Part shown: positions 9,257 through 18,034 of the stretch, piece after piece
Layout: the number at the start of each line of letters is the position of its first letter
Position numbering within the stretch: the stretch's first letter is position 1
IMG/VR virus record: IMGVR_UViG_3300033075_001734
Span: 51,692 to 115,691 of that record
Strand: one strand, 5' to 3'
Source: a virus
Length of the DNA stretch: 64,000 bases
The notes under the pieces: generated by a model
What the model was told of the DNA's origin: nothing
The model's input: only the letters and a program-made list of their open reading frames with translations
Database searches by the model: none
Translations under genes and position numbers: made by a program

Positions 9257-10247
9257 AGAATTTAATAAATCACTTAAAAATCATTTAACAAAACATTTTG
9301 AAGGTGAAAATTCTATGATTCGAGCATATGAAAAACATATGAATAAATCTGTTGTTGATTTATATGTCAATTGTGGTAAAAGTGCCACTGAAATTGCGAA
9401 TTTAATTCGTAGCGAATGTAATTGGATTAAACCGTTAAAAGGACATGTTCTTAAATTTCTAGATGATAACAATGTTGTTCGTCGAAAAACGTCGGAAGCG
9501 ATGAAATCGTATTATACACAAAATGATGTATGGAATAAAGATAAAACAAAATATGATCATGAAAGTATAATGAAATATGCTAATTCACGTATGGGTGAAA
9601 ATAATCCAATACATAAAACAACGTTTGAACAACGATCATATTCAAACGCTTTCTCAAAACTTAAACGAGAAGGTCGTTTAGAAGAATTAGAAAAATTAAA
9701 AAGCGATATATCTGACGGGGTCACAAATTGGTTTTCTCAAGACCAAAATTATGAAAAATATATTGCGGCTTATGATGCGGCTCGGCCAAAACAATTAACT
9801 AATGTAAGATTGGGCGTACAAAATTATCACAAACGTTATGCTGACTTGGGATTACCATCGCCAAATAGAATCGCCTGGATTAGTAATCCTGAACTAATTG
9901 TTAAGAGTGCCCTCGAACAACTCAACCTGAAATTCCAGCATCAATGGTATTATGCTCGTGCGTGTTTTGATTTTTATCTTCATGATTACAAAACGATCAT
10001 TGAAGTCAACGGAACATATTGGCACGGTCACGAATCTGTTTTTGAAAATGATGAAATGATTCATCCGAACAAGAAAATTTCAATCAAAGATATTAAAGCT
10101 CGTGACGAACAGAAACGAGTGTATCTTATTGAAAACGGGTTTAAGTTAATAACATTGTGGGATAATGAGTTTAAAACAACAGAAGACGCTGTTAAAATTC
10201 TCGTTGAAAAATTAGAAATTAGTAATGTCGAAAATAACATCTCTTAA
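9228..10247 (+). CDS. endonuclease with an N-terminal zinc finger and a C-terminal Vsr/DUF559-like PD-(D/E)xK domain (putative homing endonuclease)
   Basis: N-terminal CPFCNREFNKSLKNHLTKHFE. C-terminal FDFYLHDYKTIIEVNGTYWHG...ARDEQKRVYLIENGFKLITLWDNEF resembles the Vsr-like fold. It interrupts dnaE. Confidence 0.5.
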   Translation: MMISCPFCNREFNKSLKNHLTKHFEGENSMIRAYEKHMNKSVVDLYVNCGKSATEIANLIRSECNWIKPLKGHVLKFLDDNNVVRRKTSEAMKSYYTQNDVWNKDKTKYDHESIMKYANSRMGENNPIHKTTFEQRSYSNAFSKLKREGRLEELEKLKSDISDGVTNWFSQDQNYEKYIAAYDAARPKQLTNVRLGVQNYHKRYADLGLPSPNRIAWISNPELIVKSALEQLNLKFQHQWYYARACFDFYLHDYKTIIEVNGTYWHGHESVFENDEMIHPNKKISIKDIKARDEQKRVYLIENGFKLITLWDNEFKTTEDAVKILVEKLEISNVENNIS

Positions 10248-11745
10248 AAAAGTTTCAACTACGTTTGAAGACATCAAATTGTGGTATGAACAAAACATGT
10301 CACCTGATGTCATAAACTTTGATGATCCTGAACCATTTAAAGTTTATTCTGATTCACGTTGGTGCGGCGTATTTCAACTAACCTCTGTGGGAGCTCAGAA
10401 GCTCTTTACAAAGGCAAGGCCAAAATCGATTATCGATATTGCAGCATTGACATCTGTTTATCGACCTGGGCCTTTGTCTGCAAACGTTGATAAACTTTGG
10501 TTGAAACATGAATTTGAATCTTATGATTGGGGTCATCCTCTTATCAATGAAACACTAAAAGAAACTCGAGGATTATGCGTGTTTCAGGAAAGCGTAATGT
10601 CTTTAGCTAATAAAGTTGCTGGATTCCCGCTTGATGAAACTGACGAGGTCCGTCGGGCAATTATGAAGCGTAGCATTTCAGGTGGTGCTGCTGCAATTCA
10701 GAAAATGAAAGAACTTGAAGACTCTTTCGTTAATGGTTGTATGAACAATGGTGTTCCTCAAAATACTGCAACCAAAGCTTATGAGACTATATGTCATTTC
10801 TCTGGATATGGGTTCAATAAAAGTCATGCAGTCGCCTATGCAATCTGTTCATATTGGTGTGCATGGCTTTTAACATATCACGAGGAAGAATGGGTAACTG
10901 CATATATTGAATCAATGTCAAATTCACCAGATAAAAAAGAAAAAGCATTTGGTGAAGTTAAACAATTAGGTTATGAAATTGTTCCCATTGATATCAATCA
11001 TGCCCAGATTGGTTGGACTGTTCTTCCCGGCAAAAAATTGATGCCAAGTCTTTTGACATGTAAAGGTATTGGCGAATCAGCAGCCGAAGAAGTTATTGCA
11101 AATAGACCTTATGAAAATATTGAGCAAGTTCTTTGGAACGAAGATGGAACTTGGAAACCATCAAAATTCAATAAACGTGGTCTTGAAGCATTAATAAAAG
11201 TGGGTGCATTTGCTTCACTTGATTGTGTTGGTGAAGATAAACTTTTTGAGAGTTATCGTCATATGTATGAGGTCATCATTGAAAACTCAAATGCCATTAA
11301 AAAATCATCTAAAAAAGATCCGAGTATTGGCCGTAAGACATTCTTCGAATTAACTCGGGCCCTTCGACCAATGCCTGAATGGTCTAGACGAGAGTTAGTT
11401 GAGGCATATGTTGACGTGTTTGGAAGTTTGGATGTTTCCAAACTGTTAGAACAGGATGTTCTTAAGAAACTTGAAGACAAGAACGTCATGTCAATTGACA
11501 ACTGGGAACAAAAGGGCTTTCACTGGTTTGTTGTTCAGAGTGTTGTAACAAAGAAAACAAAAACAGGAAAAGCGTACTTAATGATTAAGGGTCTTGGTCC
11601 GATGGGAAAGTCTTATAGAATTAATGTGTGGGGTTGGAAAGAAGAAAATGAACCGCTTGAAGAATTTGATGTTATTGTTGCTGAACTTGATAAAAATGAA
11701 TATGGATTTTCAACAACGTCATGGCGATGTAAGGTGATTGCATGA
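10225..11745 (+). CDS. dnaE: DnaE C-terminal fragment (fingers and OB-fold region)
   Basis: Motifs GVFQLTSVGAQKLF...ALTSVYRPGPL and GYGFNKSHAVAYAICSYWCAWLLTYH (the FNKSHA.AYA DnaE motif). Confidence 0.85.
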   Translation: MSKITSLKKVSTTFEDIKLWYEQNMSPDVINFDDPEPFKVYSDSRWCGVFQLTSVGAQKLFTKARPKSIIDIAALTSVYRPGPLSANVDKLWLKHEFESYDWGHPLINETLKETRGLCVFQESVMSLANKVAGFPLDETDEVRRAIMKRSISGGAAAIQKMKELEDSFVNGCMNNGVPQNTATKAYETICHFSGYGFNKSHAVAYAICSYWCAWLLTYHEEEWVTAYIESMSNSPDKKEKAFGEVKQLGYEIVPIDINHAQIGWTVLPGKKLMPSLLTCKGIGESAAEEVIANRPYENIEQVLWNEDGTWKPSKFNKRGLEALIKVGAFASLDCVGEDKLFESYRHMYEVIIENSNAIKKSSKKDPSIGRKTFFELTRALRPMPEWSRRELVEAYVDVFGSLDVSKLLEQDVLKKLEDKNVMSIDNWEQKGFHWFVVQSVVTKKTKTGKAYLMIKGLGPMGKSYRINVWGWKEENEPLEEFDVIVAELDKNEYGFSTTSWRCKVIA

Positions 11746-12254
11746 ATTCTCGACCAAAATTAGATGATGACAATGTAAGAAAGCTTGCCATTGAAAATCT
11801 TTTTGAAAAAAAACTTAAAGATTATTTCAAAGAATTTGACGGCGATCTTGATGAAGAATTCATAAAAGAAACTAAAAATGAATTATTTCTAGCAACTGAA
11901 TATGAACATGACGCGTATGATATATGCAAACGTCTTGAAAATAATTTTTTTTGGAACGTTGAAAGTGAACTGGTTCATTTGATGGAAACATATTTTTCTT
12001 ATCAATATAATGCTCACGACAAGATTGTCAAAGAATGGGTCAAAGAAAATAATATTCAATTGAAGTATTTTGAAGGTGATGAAGTAACGTATCAAAATAC
12101 ACGAAAACATCAAGAACATGGCAAAATAATTTCACGTGATCATAAAAAAGCAACATATACAATTTTTTCTAAACACCTTGGCCACGTTGAACAAGGCATT
12201 GGAACGCATGGAATAATTGTCAATTGCGAAGATATTATTGATTTGAAACTTTAA
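11742..12254 (+). CDS. hypothetical protein
   Basis: ORF of 170 aa with an ATGA overlap to dnaE-C. Confidence 0.35.
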   Translation: MNSRPKLDDDNVRKLAIENLFEKKLKDYFKEFDGDLDEEFIKETKNELFLATEYEHDAYDICKRLENNFFWNVESELVHLMETYFSYQYNAHDKIVKEWVKENNIQLKYFEGDEVTYQNTRKHQEHGKIISRDHKKATYTIFSKHLGHVEQGIGTHGIIVNCEDIIDLKL

Positions 12255-13189
12255 ATGATTTCAATGCTTGAAACAGTTATATCTTTAAGACCTATGACTT
12301 CATATTCAGTTTCGTATCCAACAAAAGGTTTAACTCTATAAAGCCCTTTGGGACCTGATATAAATTGTTTTTTATTTTTTTTCGTATACGCTGTTAAAAT
12401 TATAGAATACGTATTTTTATTTTTTGCATTTTTGAGCGCAAATTTTTCAGCAATTGTTTTTGATATGGACCACGAGCTAGCACCTTGTTTTGGTTTAAAG
12501 ATAAATTCTTTTTTAACAATCATCTTAGATGTGTTAACATCAAGTAATTTACTAATCCATTTTTCGGTTACACCCATTCCTCTATAAACAGCGTTGTGTT
12601 CAGGTTCATTAAATATATCATTATATTGATTTGCCAATAGAATTTTATGAATTGTATTGGCATTTTTCTTGTTTAACGGGTTTCCTCTAAAGTGTTGAAT
12701 AAGTGCTAAATAAATTTGTTGTTCAGCTTTTGTATTTTTTTCGAATGGAACTTTAGATGTTTCTATTCGATCTGCGGCAAAAGCATATTTGCCAAATATA
12801 TTTTTATTGTCGTTAGGAGCAAGCTTAATTTTATTAAGCGCCGTATCAAAACGACCTGACTCTTCGATTTTATTTAAATTTTGAAGACATTGTTTAAGTT
12901 GATAAAAAGTACTTTCTATATCAAAATAATCTGATTCATTGTCTTCCAAATATGCTTTAAATGAGCTCATATATTCAAACAGCGACTTATAATCATTTAT
13001 TGTTTTAGCAAACTCTTTCCATATAAAATACGTTGAGCAAGAAAGTAATATATTGACGAAGTATTCTTCGTCATTATGAGCTTTTTCAAGAAGCGATTTA
13101 AGTTTAAAAATTATCTTCTCATATAATGAAAGCGCTTTTTCTTTCATTTCGTTAAGTTCTAATTCACTATTTTCATCTATTGAAGGCAT
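12251..13189 (-). CDS. putative R-S-E type ADP-ribosyltransferase (Alt/Mod-like)
   Basis: C-terminal half carries VYRGMG (R motif), SSWSIS (STS-like motif) and YETEYEV (ExE motif) in the correct order. Confidence 0.4.
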   Translation of the reverse strand: MPSIDENSELELNEMKEKALSLYEKIIFKLKSLLEKAHNDEEYFVNILLSCSTYFIWKEFAKTINDYKSLFEYMSSFKAYLEDNESDYFDIESTFYQLKQCLQNLNKIEESGRFDTALNKIKLAPNDNKNIFGKYAFAADRIETSKVPFEKNTKAEQQIYLALIQHFRGNPLNKKNANTIHKILLANQYNDIFNEPEHNAVYRGMGVTEKWISKLLDVNTSKMIVKKEFIFKPKQGASSWSISKTIAEKFALKNAKNKNTYSIILTAYTKKNKKQFISGPKGLYRVKPFVGYETEYEVIGLKDITVSSIEII

Positions 13190-14207
13190 TTTTTACTCTT
13201 CTGTACTGTTCGTCGTTTAGTTTTAATAATTTTGCTTGTTTTTCAATTGTGAGGTCTTTTGAGATTTTTCTGTCAACGCTTTTTGTTAAACCTTTTCTAA
13301 AATTCTCTAAAATGGTTGATAGCATTTCCTGTTTATTATATGCTCGATTTAATTCAAGTGTATTTGAGAGACCCACAATACCGTTAGCAAGTTCATCAAT
13401 TGAAACAGAATCATGCTTAAGTCCTGGGAATTGTTTTAATTTTTTATCTATAACACAATTTTCGCCAAGTAAATAATAAGCGATATCAAGAAGGAATGTA
13501 TTGAAATTTGTGGAAATATTTGAAATACTAACGCCCATTCTTTCATTTCCTCCTACACGAACTCCATTTTTCATTCGAACCAGAACGCCTTCTGTTCCTA
13601 TTGCAAGATTCAAGAAATCACCAAGAGCCTTGTAAAGAGTTCCTGTTACATAACCTTTAATTCCTCTTTCTGGAACGTATCTGCCTTTCATCCAATTTGA
13701 ATATTTTGGGTGTGTTATTGTTGTATCAACTTGTACAAGCGTTCCATTTACATCAACGACAATTTGTAAAGCATTTCCCTTAAGTGTTAATGGGACATTA
13801 ACATTTTTGGGTGATTGTGTTTGAAGAAATCTTATCAATAAATTTGAATAATCCCGCTTTGATTTTGCATCAGATTTTCTCTGGTGATTTGTGTCATCTG
13901 AATCATAATTCACGGGAAACGAAACCAAATAATCAACGTCACCATATGTTGTATCAGGTTTTTCAATTGCGTCGAGTTCTGCATACGTTGAAGATCCCGA
14001 AGGGCCCACGAGAACAACGGGTTCAAACCCTTCGCGTTCAAGCCAGATATTCCAATCATCAATGAAATTTTCGTATAACTTACAAGCGTCTTTTACCAAT
14101 TGAGGTGTTAATTCAACGCGTTTTTCAATTGGAAGTTTTAAACCTCCTTCATTTAACATGTGATTAATCACATTACGTAACTGTTTAATAGAAATATGCA
14201 TCGTCAA
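13173..14207 (-). CDS. hypothetical protein with a capsid-targeting-like N-terminus; possible nucleotidyltransferase
   Basis: N-terminus ISIKQLRNVINHMLNEGG. GPSGSS...DVDYLV is weakly like Pol-beta-type GS...DxD. Confidence 0.3.
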   Translation of the reverse strand: MTMHISIKQLRNVINHMLNEGGLKLPIEKRVELTPQLVKDACKLYENFIDDWNIWLEREGFEPVVLVGPSGSSTYAELDAIEKPDTTYGDVDYLVSFPVNYDSDDTNHQRKSDAKSKRDYSNLLIRFLQTQSPKNVNVPLTLKGNALQIVVDVNGTLVQVDTTITHPKYSNWMKGRYVPERGIKGYVTGTLYKALGDFLNLAIGTEGVLVRMKNGVRVGGNERMGVSISNISTNFNTFLLDIAYYLLGENCVIDKKLKQFPGLKHDSVSIDELANGIVGLSNTLELNRAYNKQEMLSTILENFRKGLTKSVDRKISKDLTIEKQAKLLKLNDEQYRRVKNAFNR

Positions 14208-14257
14208 TAAGTAATTTGTTTTGTGAAACTGTGAAATTAAATTGATTATTATGAATT

Positions 14258-14764
14258 ATGAGTAATTGTTTGTTTTGTGACAATGAAACAATATCTGGGA
14301 CAAATTTTTGTGATTGGGATTGTCATGTTAAAATGGCACAAAAATTAGGCGGAAAAGACCATCGCCCAAATAAGTTGCCTGTTAATTGTATTATGGCAGA
14401 TGGGACAATGCTTGAATGTGAACATGGTGATCATCCAAGTTATAAATTTCCAATCATGGTTGAAATTCCTGAAAAAGATCGTAAAGCACATTTTATGTAC
14501 GAACAGTCAGACGGTCATACGTATGAACTTTCTGACGAAGACATTAAAAATGAATCAGTAAATGAGAGACACGCACTGATATTTTTTGATGATACGGTTG
14601 CGTTAACGTTGTTTGAACACGTGTATTATATGTGGTCATTAAGCAGTGGATATTGCATACGAGACCCTTTTGCATTTAAGGGTGAAAAATCGTATTGGAA
14701 AATTTGTGATAGTGATTTAGAAAAAATTCGTAATGAAACTTTCAAAGTACAATTTACATTATAA
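14258..14764 (+). CDS. hypothetical Cys-rich protein
   Basis: Motif CLFCDNE...CDWDCH at the N-terminus. Confidence 0.35.
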   Translation: MSNCLFCDNETISGTNFCDWDCHVKMAQKLGGKDHRPNKLPVNCIMADGTMLECEHGDHPSYKFPIMVEIPEKDRKAHFMYEQSDGHTYELSDEDIKNESVNERHALIFFDDTVALTLFEHVYYMWSLSSGYCIRDPFAFKGEKSYWKICDSDLEKIRNETFKVQFTL

Positions 14765-14896
14765 TTTGTGGGCTAAAAATTATTTTTTCAATAGGTTGGA
14801 TTTTATTTGTCCTGGTGAATTGATTGTTGATGATATCAGCGGTTATAACGAATATGGATTAGTAATCTCTAACATAAACAATGTCATCCAAATTCT

Positions 14897-15139
14897 TTGG
14901 GCAATCGTTTAATGATTTATCCTGGCAGTTTATGCATATCACGTAGATGTATTGTGTTATTGAAAAACAAAAGAATGGTGAATCAATATTTCGGAGTGAT
15001 TTCTGCTAAATCACCATTTTTTATTGTCAGCATTGAAGAATTAACTTTTGATCGGTATTCATTATATGTAATAACATCTTCAATGCAAAAAATGGGTTGG
15101 ATTTATGATCTAAGTTCTAGCTTTGATTTGGTGGTATGA
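14897..15139 (+). CDS. PGDL/GWI small-protein family member
   Basis: Carries YPGSLCI and GWIYDL. Confidence 0.4.
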   Translation: MGNRLMIYPGSLCISRRCIVLLKNKRMVNQYFGVISAKSPFFIVSIEELTFDRYSLYVITSSMQKMGWIYDLSSSFDLVV

Positions 15140-15178
15140 AAATGCGAACATTTGATAAGTTATTCACGATGAAAAAAC

Positions 15179-15430
15179 ATGATATATCCCGGTGATTTAT
15201 GTATTGTACGAAGATTTAATGGGTCTGATTCATTTATCCCAGTTTATGATAAAAATTTCATCTTTTCTAAGAATAAAGTATGCATAGGGGGCTTTAAACA
15301 TATGTGTCTTGTTATTTGTTCGTTAACAATTAAGGGTGATTCATATTCTTCGTATTATATCATATCAGATAATGGTCTAACAGGCTGGATTTACGAATCA
15401 AAGTTTTTGATGAATACAAAATCTGTGTAG
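15179..15430 (+). CDS. PGDL/GWI small-protein family member
   Basis: Carries YPGDLCIV and GWIYES. Confidence 0.45.
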   Translation: MIYPGDLCIVRRFNGSDSFIPVYDKNFIFSKNKVCIGGFKHMCLVICSLTIKGDSYSSYYIISDNGLTGWIYESKFLMNTKSV

Positions 15431-15477
15431 TTTAATAGTAATGTTATTATGCATTCTAGTGAATTAAAATAAAATAA

Positions 15478-15699
15478 ATGAAAATTTATCCCGGTATGTT
15501 GTGTAAAATTGTTGGAGCTTTTGAAAATGACATACACATAATGATGCTTGATTGCGAAGATTATACTGATGCTTTTTTAGTTAAAAAAAATTCTTTAGCA
15601 TTAATTTTAACACAACATGGAGATGGGATGTTAGTGTTGTTAACGTCAACAAAACAAATTGGAACTATACATAGTTGTGTTTGTGATATTATAGGTTGA
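15478..15699 (+). CDS. PGDL/GWI small-protein family member
   Basis: Carries YPGMLCKIV and IGTIH. Confidence 0.4.
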   Translation: MKIYPGMLCKIVGAFENDIHIMMLDCEDYTDAFLVKKNSLALILTQHGDGMLVLLTSTKQIGTIHSCVCDIIG

Positions 15700-17024
15700 A
15701 TATGAAAAAGAAATTATTGATTCAAACACAGTTATCAAATTATAACTCACAAGGAAAATTTGATCTTGCCTGTGATAGCGGCTGGAATATGATGATGGGA
15801 AGAGTTAGAGAAATGCTCAAACTTAATCCCGATCTTTACATTGATATCATGGGGCCATATTACGATTATGATGGTCAAAATCAACTTGTAGAAGAACCCT
15901 GGAAAGTTAACAAAGATATTTTTGATTCTGGTCGTGTGCTATACATTCAACATTGGGTCATTCCAAATGCGCTTATAACAAGATATGATTTTGACTATAA
16001 GAATACTGATTATCAATTAAGACTTGAAGAACACAAAAAAGACGTGAGTTTAAGATATGATGCCGTGTACATTAATGATCCAATGCATCTTCGTAACTTT
16101 AAAGCATTGTTTTATTCATCTGGTGGGTATCGTCCAAAATTTTATGTTCATTCACACTTCGTAGATAATCCAACTTGTCCAAAATTTCCACTTGAATCTT
16201 CGTTATGGTTAGGACAATGCGAAGCAGCAATTCGCGCCGACTATAATTTTTGGCAATGTGAATCTGCGATGAACGTATTTTTTGATGAGATGAAAGATTT
16301 CTACAGAGAAGAACTTGTTGAATACACAAAATTGAAATCAATTCCTTGGGATGATGGTTATTCATCTACTGAAATTTCATCCGTAGTTGATGTAAATAAT
16401 CTACGATATCATAATATGATTGATGAATTCAATGTTAAAACATCTGATAAATGTGTTATTTTTGTTCCTAATCGTATTGGAGGAAAAGGAAGATCAAGTG
16501 ATTATACGAATTGTGGAAAATTCATGTTTGAAATTTTGCCAGAATTACGAAAGTTACGTGATGATTTTGTTGTGATTGCAGGAAATCCAAGTCAAAGATT
16601 TGTGAATGATGAACTTGAAACACTTTGTGGTGAAAATGGGTATATAAAGTTAGTCCCAGAAACTTTTAATAGAGATGAATATAAGTACATTGTTTCAAGG
16701 TGTGATATTGTCGCAGGTCTTTATGATCAAGATAGCTATGGTTCGACCGCCTCGAGAGAATGCGTTGATTTAGGTTGTGTACCTTTATGGATAGATAACT
16801 TTGAATATTCTGTGCTTTCACGAGAAGCAGGATATACAGAATATTTGGCAAAGCCTGATTTTTCTGATATTGTGAGTAAGACAAGTCGATTAATTGATTT
16901 GGTAAAAGCACGCGATCCAAAATTGTTTGTCACTAAAAAACACTTACAGCGTGTCATTAGAGAAAAGTGTTCATATGAAAGTACAACACCTAAAATGATG
17001 CAAATAATGAATTTGATGCCTTGA
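15696..17024 (+). CDS. putative GT-B glycosyltransferase
   Basis: C-terminal domain VIFVPNRIGGKG...VIAGNP...STASRECVDLGCVPL resembles GT1/GT4 donor-binding motifs. It lies between sugar-nucleotide enzymes. Confidence 0.4.
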   Translation: MNMKKKLLIQTQLSNYNSQGKFDLACDSGWNMMMGRVREMLKLNPDLYIDIMGPYYDYDGQNQLVEEPWKVNKDIFDSGRVLYIQHWVIPNALITRYDFDYKNTDYQLRLEEHKKDVSLRYDAVYINDPMHLRNFKALFYSSGGYRPKFYVHSHFVDNPTCPKFPLESSLWLGQCEAAIRADYNFWQCESAMNVFFDEMKDFYREELVEYTKLKSIPWDDGYSSTEISSVVDVNNLRYHNMIDEFNVKTSDKCVIFVPNRIGGKGRSSDYTNCGKFMFEILPELRKLRDDFVVIAGNPSQRFVNDELETLCGENGYIKLVPETFNRDEYKYIVSRCDIVAGLYDQDSYGSTASRECVDLGCVPLWIDNFEYSVLSREAGYTEYLAKPDFSDIVSKTSRLIDLVKARDPKLFVTKKHLQRVIREKCSYESTTPKMMQIMNLMP

Positions 17025-17071
17025 TGAAAATTCATATGAATAATTTTTACTTTTGAATTATGATACTTTAA

Positions 17072-18034
17072 ATGGCAACTATACTTGTGACAGGTGCAGC
17101 GGGATTTATTGGAAGTAATCTGTGTTCAACGTTAATTCATACAAATGAACATAACGTTGTAGGTGTTGATGACATGTCAAATGGTCATTTTCCCTTTATT
17201 CCCAAAGGATTAAGATTTTGGGAGAAATGCTTTTCAAGCAATAAAATTCTTGATAAAATTGAATCAGGATATTTTGATTATGTTGTGCATCTTGCGGCAA
17301 TACCACGCGTGAGTTATTCTGTTAAGTTTCCTGTAAAAACAAATAGTGTTAATGTATCAAAAACTCTTAAATTAATGGATTCATGTGTAAGAGGAAAAGT
17401 TAAAAGATTTGTTTTTGCAAGTTCATCATCTGTATACGGTGGTTTAGCGTTAAGACCTACAAAAGAGGATTCACGCAAATTTCCTCAATCACCTTATGCA
17501 TTGCAGAAAAGTATAATTGAAGATTATTTGAAAATGTATAATACGTTTTACGAATTTGAATCTGTATGTTTGCGTTTTTTTAATGTATTTGGACCAAATG
17601 CACTTGGTTCAAGTCCGTATGCAACCGCCCTTGCATCTTGGTTAACGTCAATTAACAAAGGTGAGAAAATGAGATCAGATGGTAATGGTCTACAAAGTAG
17701 GGATTTGTGTCATGTCGACAATGTTGTTTCGGCGATAATAAAATCAATTGAAACCCAAAAAGTTTTGGGTGCCAATTGTTATAATGTAGCAAGCGGCGTA
17801 AGTGTAACAAATAAGGAAATAATTGATTTTCTCTTAAAAAGATATCCGTCAGCAAATTACTATTCTGTTCCTGATCGTCTTGGTGACGTTAAACATACGT
17901 TGGCAAATATAGAAAAATCTAAAAGTGATTTAGGTTATGAACCAATTGTAAAAACTTGGGAAGGAATTGAAAAAACTTGCGACTGGTATGATGCAAATTG
18001 GAATTGGATTTCGAAGATGAAACAGGTAATCTGA
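17072..18034 (+). CDS. NAD-dependent epimerase/dehydratase (extended SDR)
   Basis: ILVTGAAGFIGSNL plus the catalytic YALQKS (YxxxK). Confidence 0.8.
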   Translation: MATILVTGAAGFIGSNLCSTLIHTNEHNVVGVDDMSNGHFPFIPKGLRFWEKCFSSNKILDKIESGYFDYVVHLAAIPRVSYSVKFPVKTNSVNVSKTLKLMDSCVRGKVKRFVFASSSSVYGGLALRPTKEDSRKFPQSPYALQKSIIEDYLKMYNTFYEFESVCLRFFNVFGPNALGSSPYATALASWLTSINKGEKMRSDGNGLQSRDLCHVDNVVSAIIKSIETQKVLGANCYNVASGVSVTNKEIIDFLLKRYPSANYYSVPDRLGDVKHTLANIEKSKSDLGYEPIVKTWEGIEKTCDWYDANWNWISKMKQVI

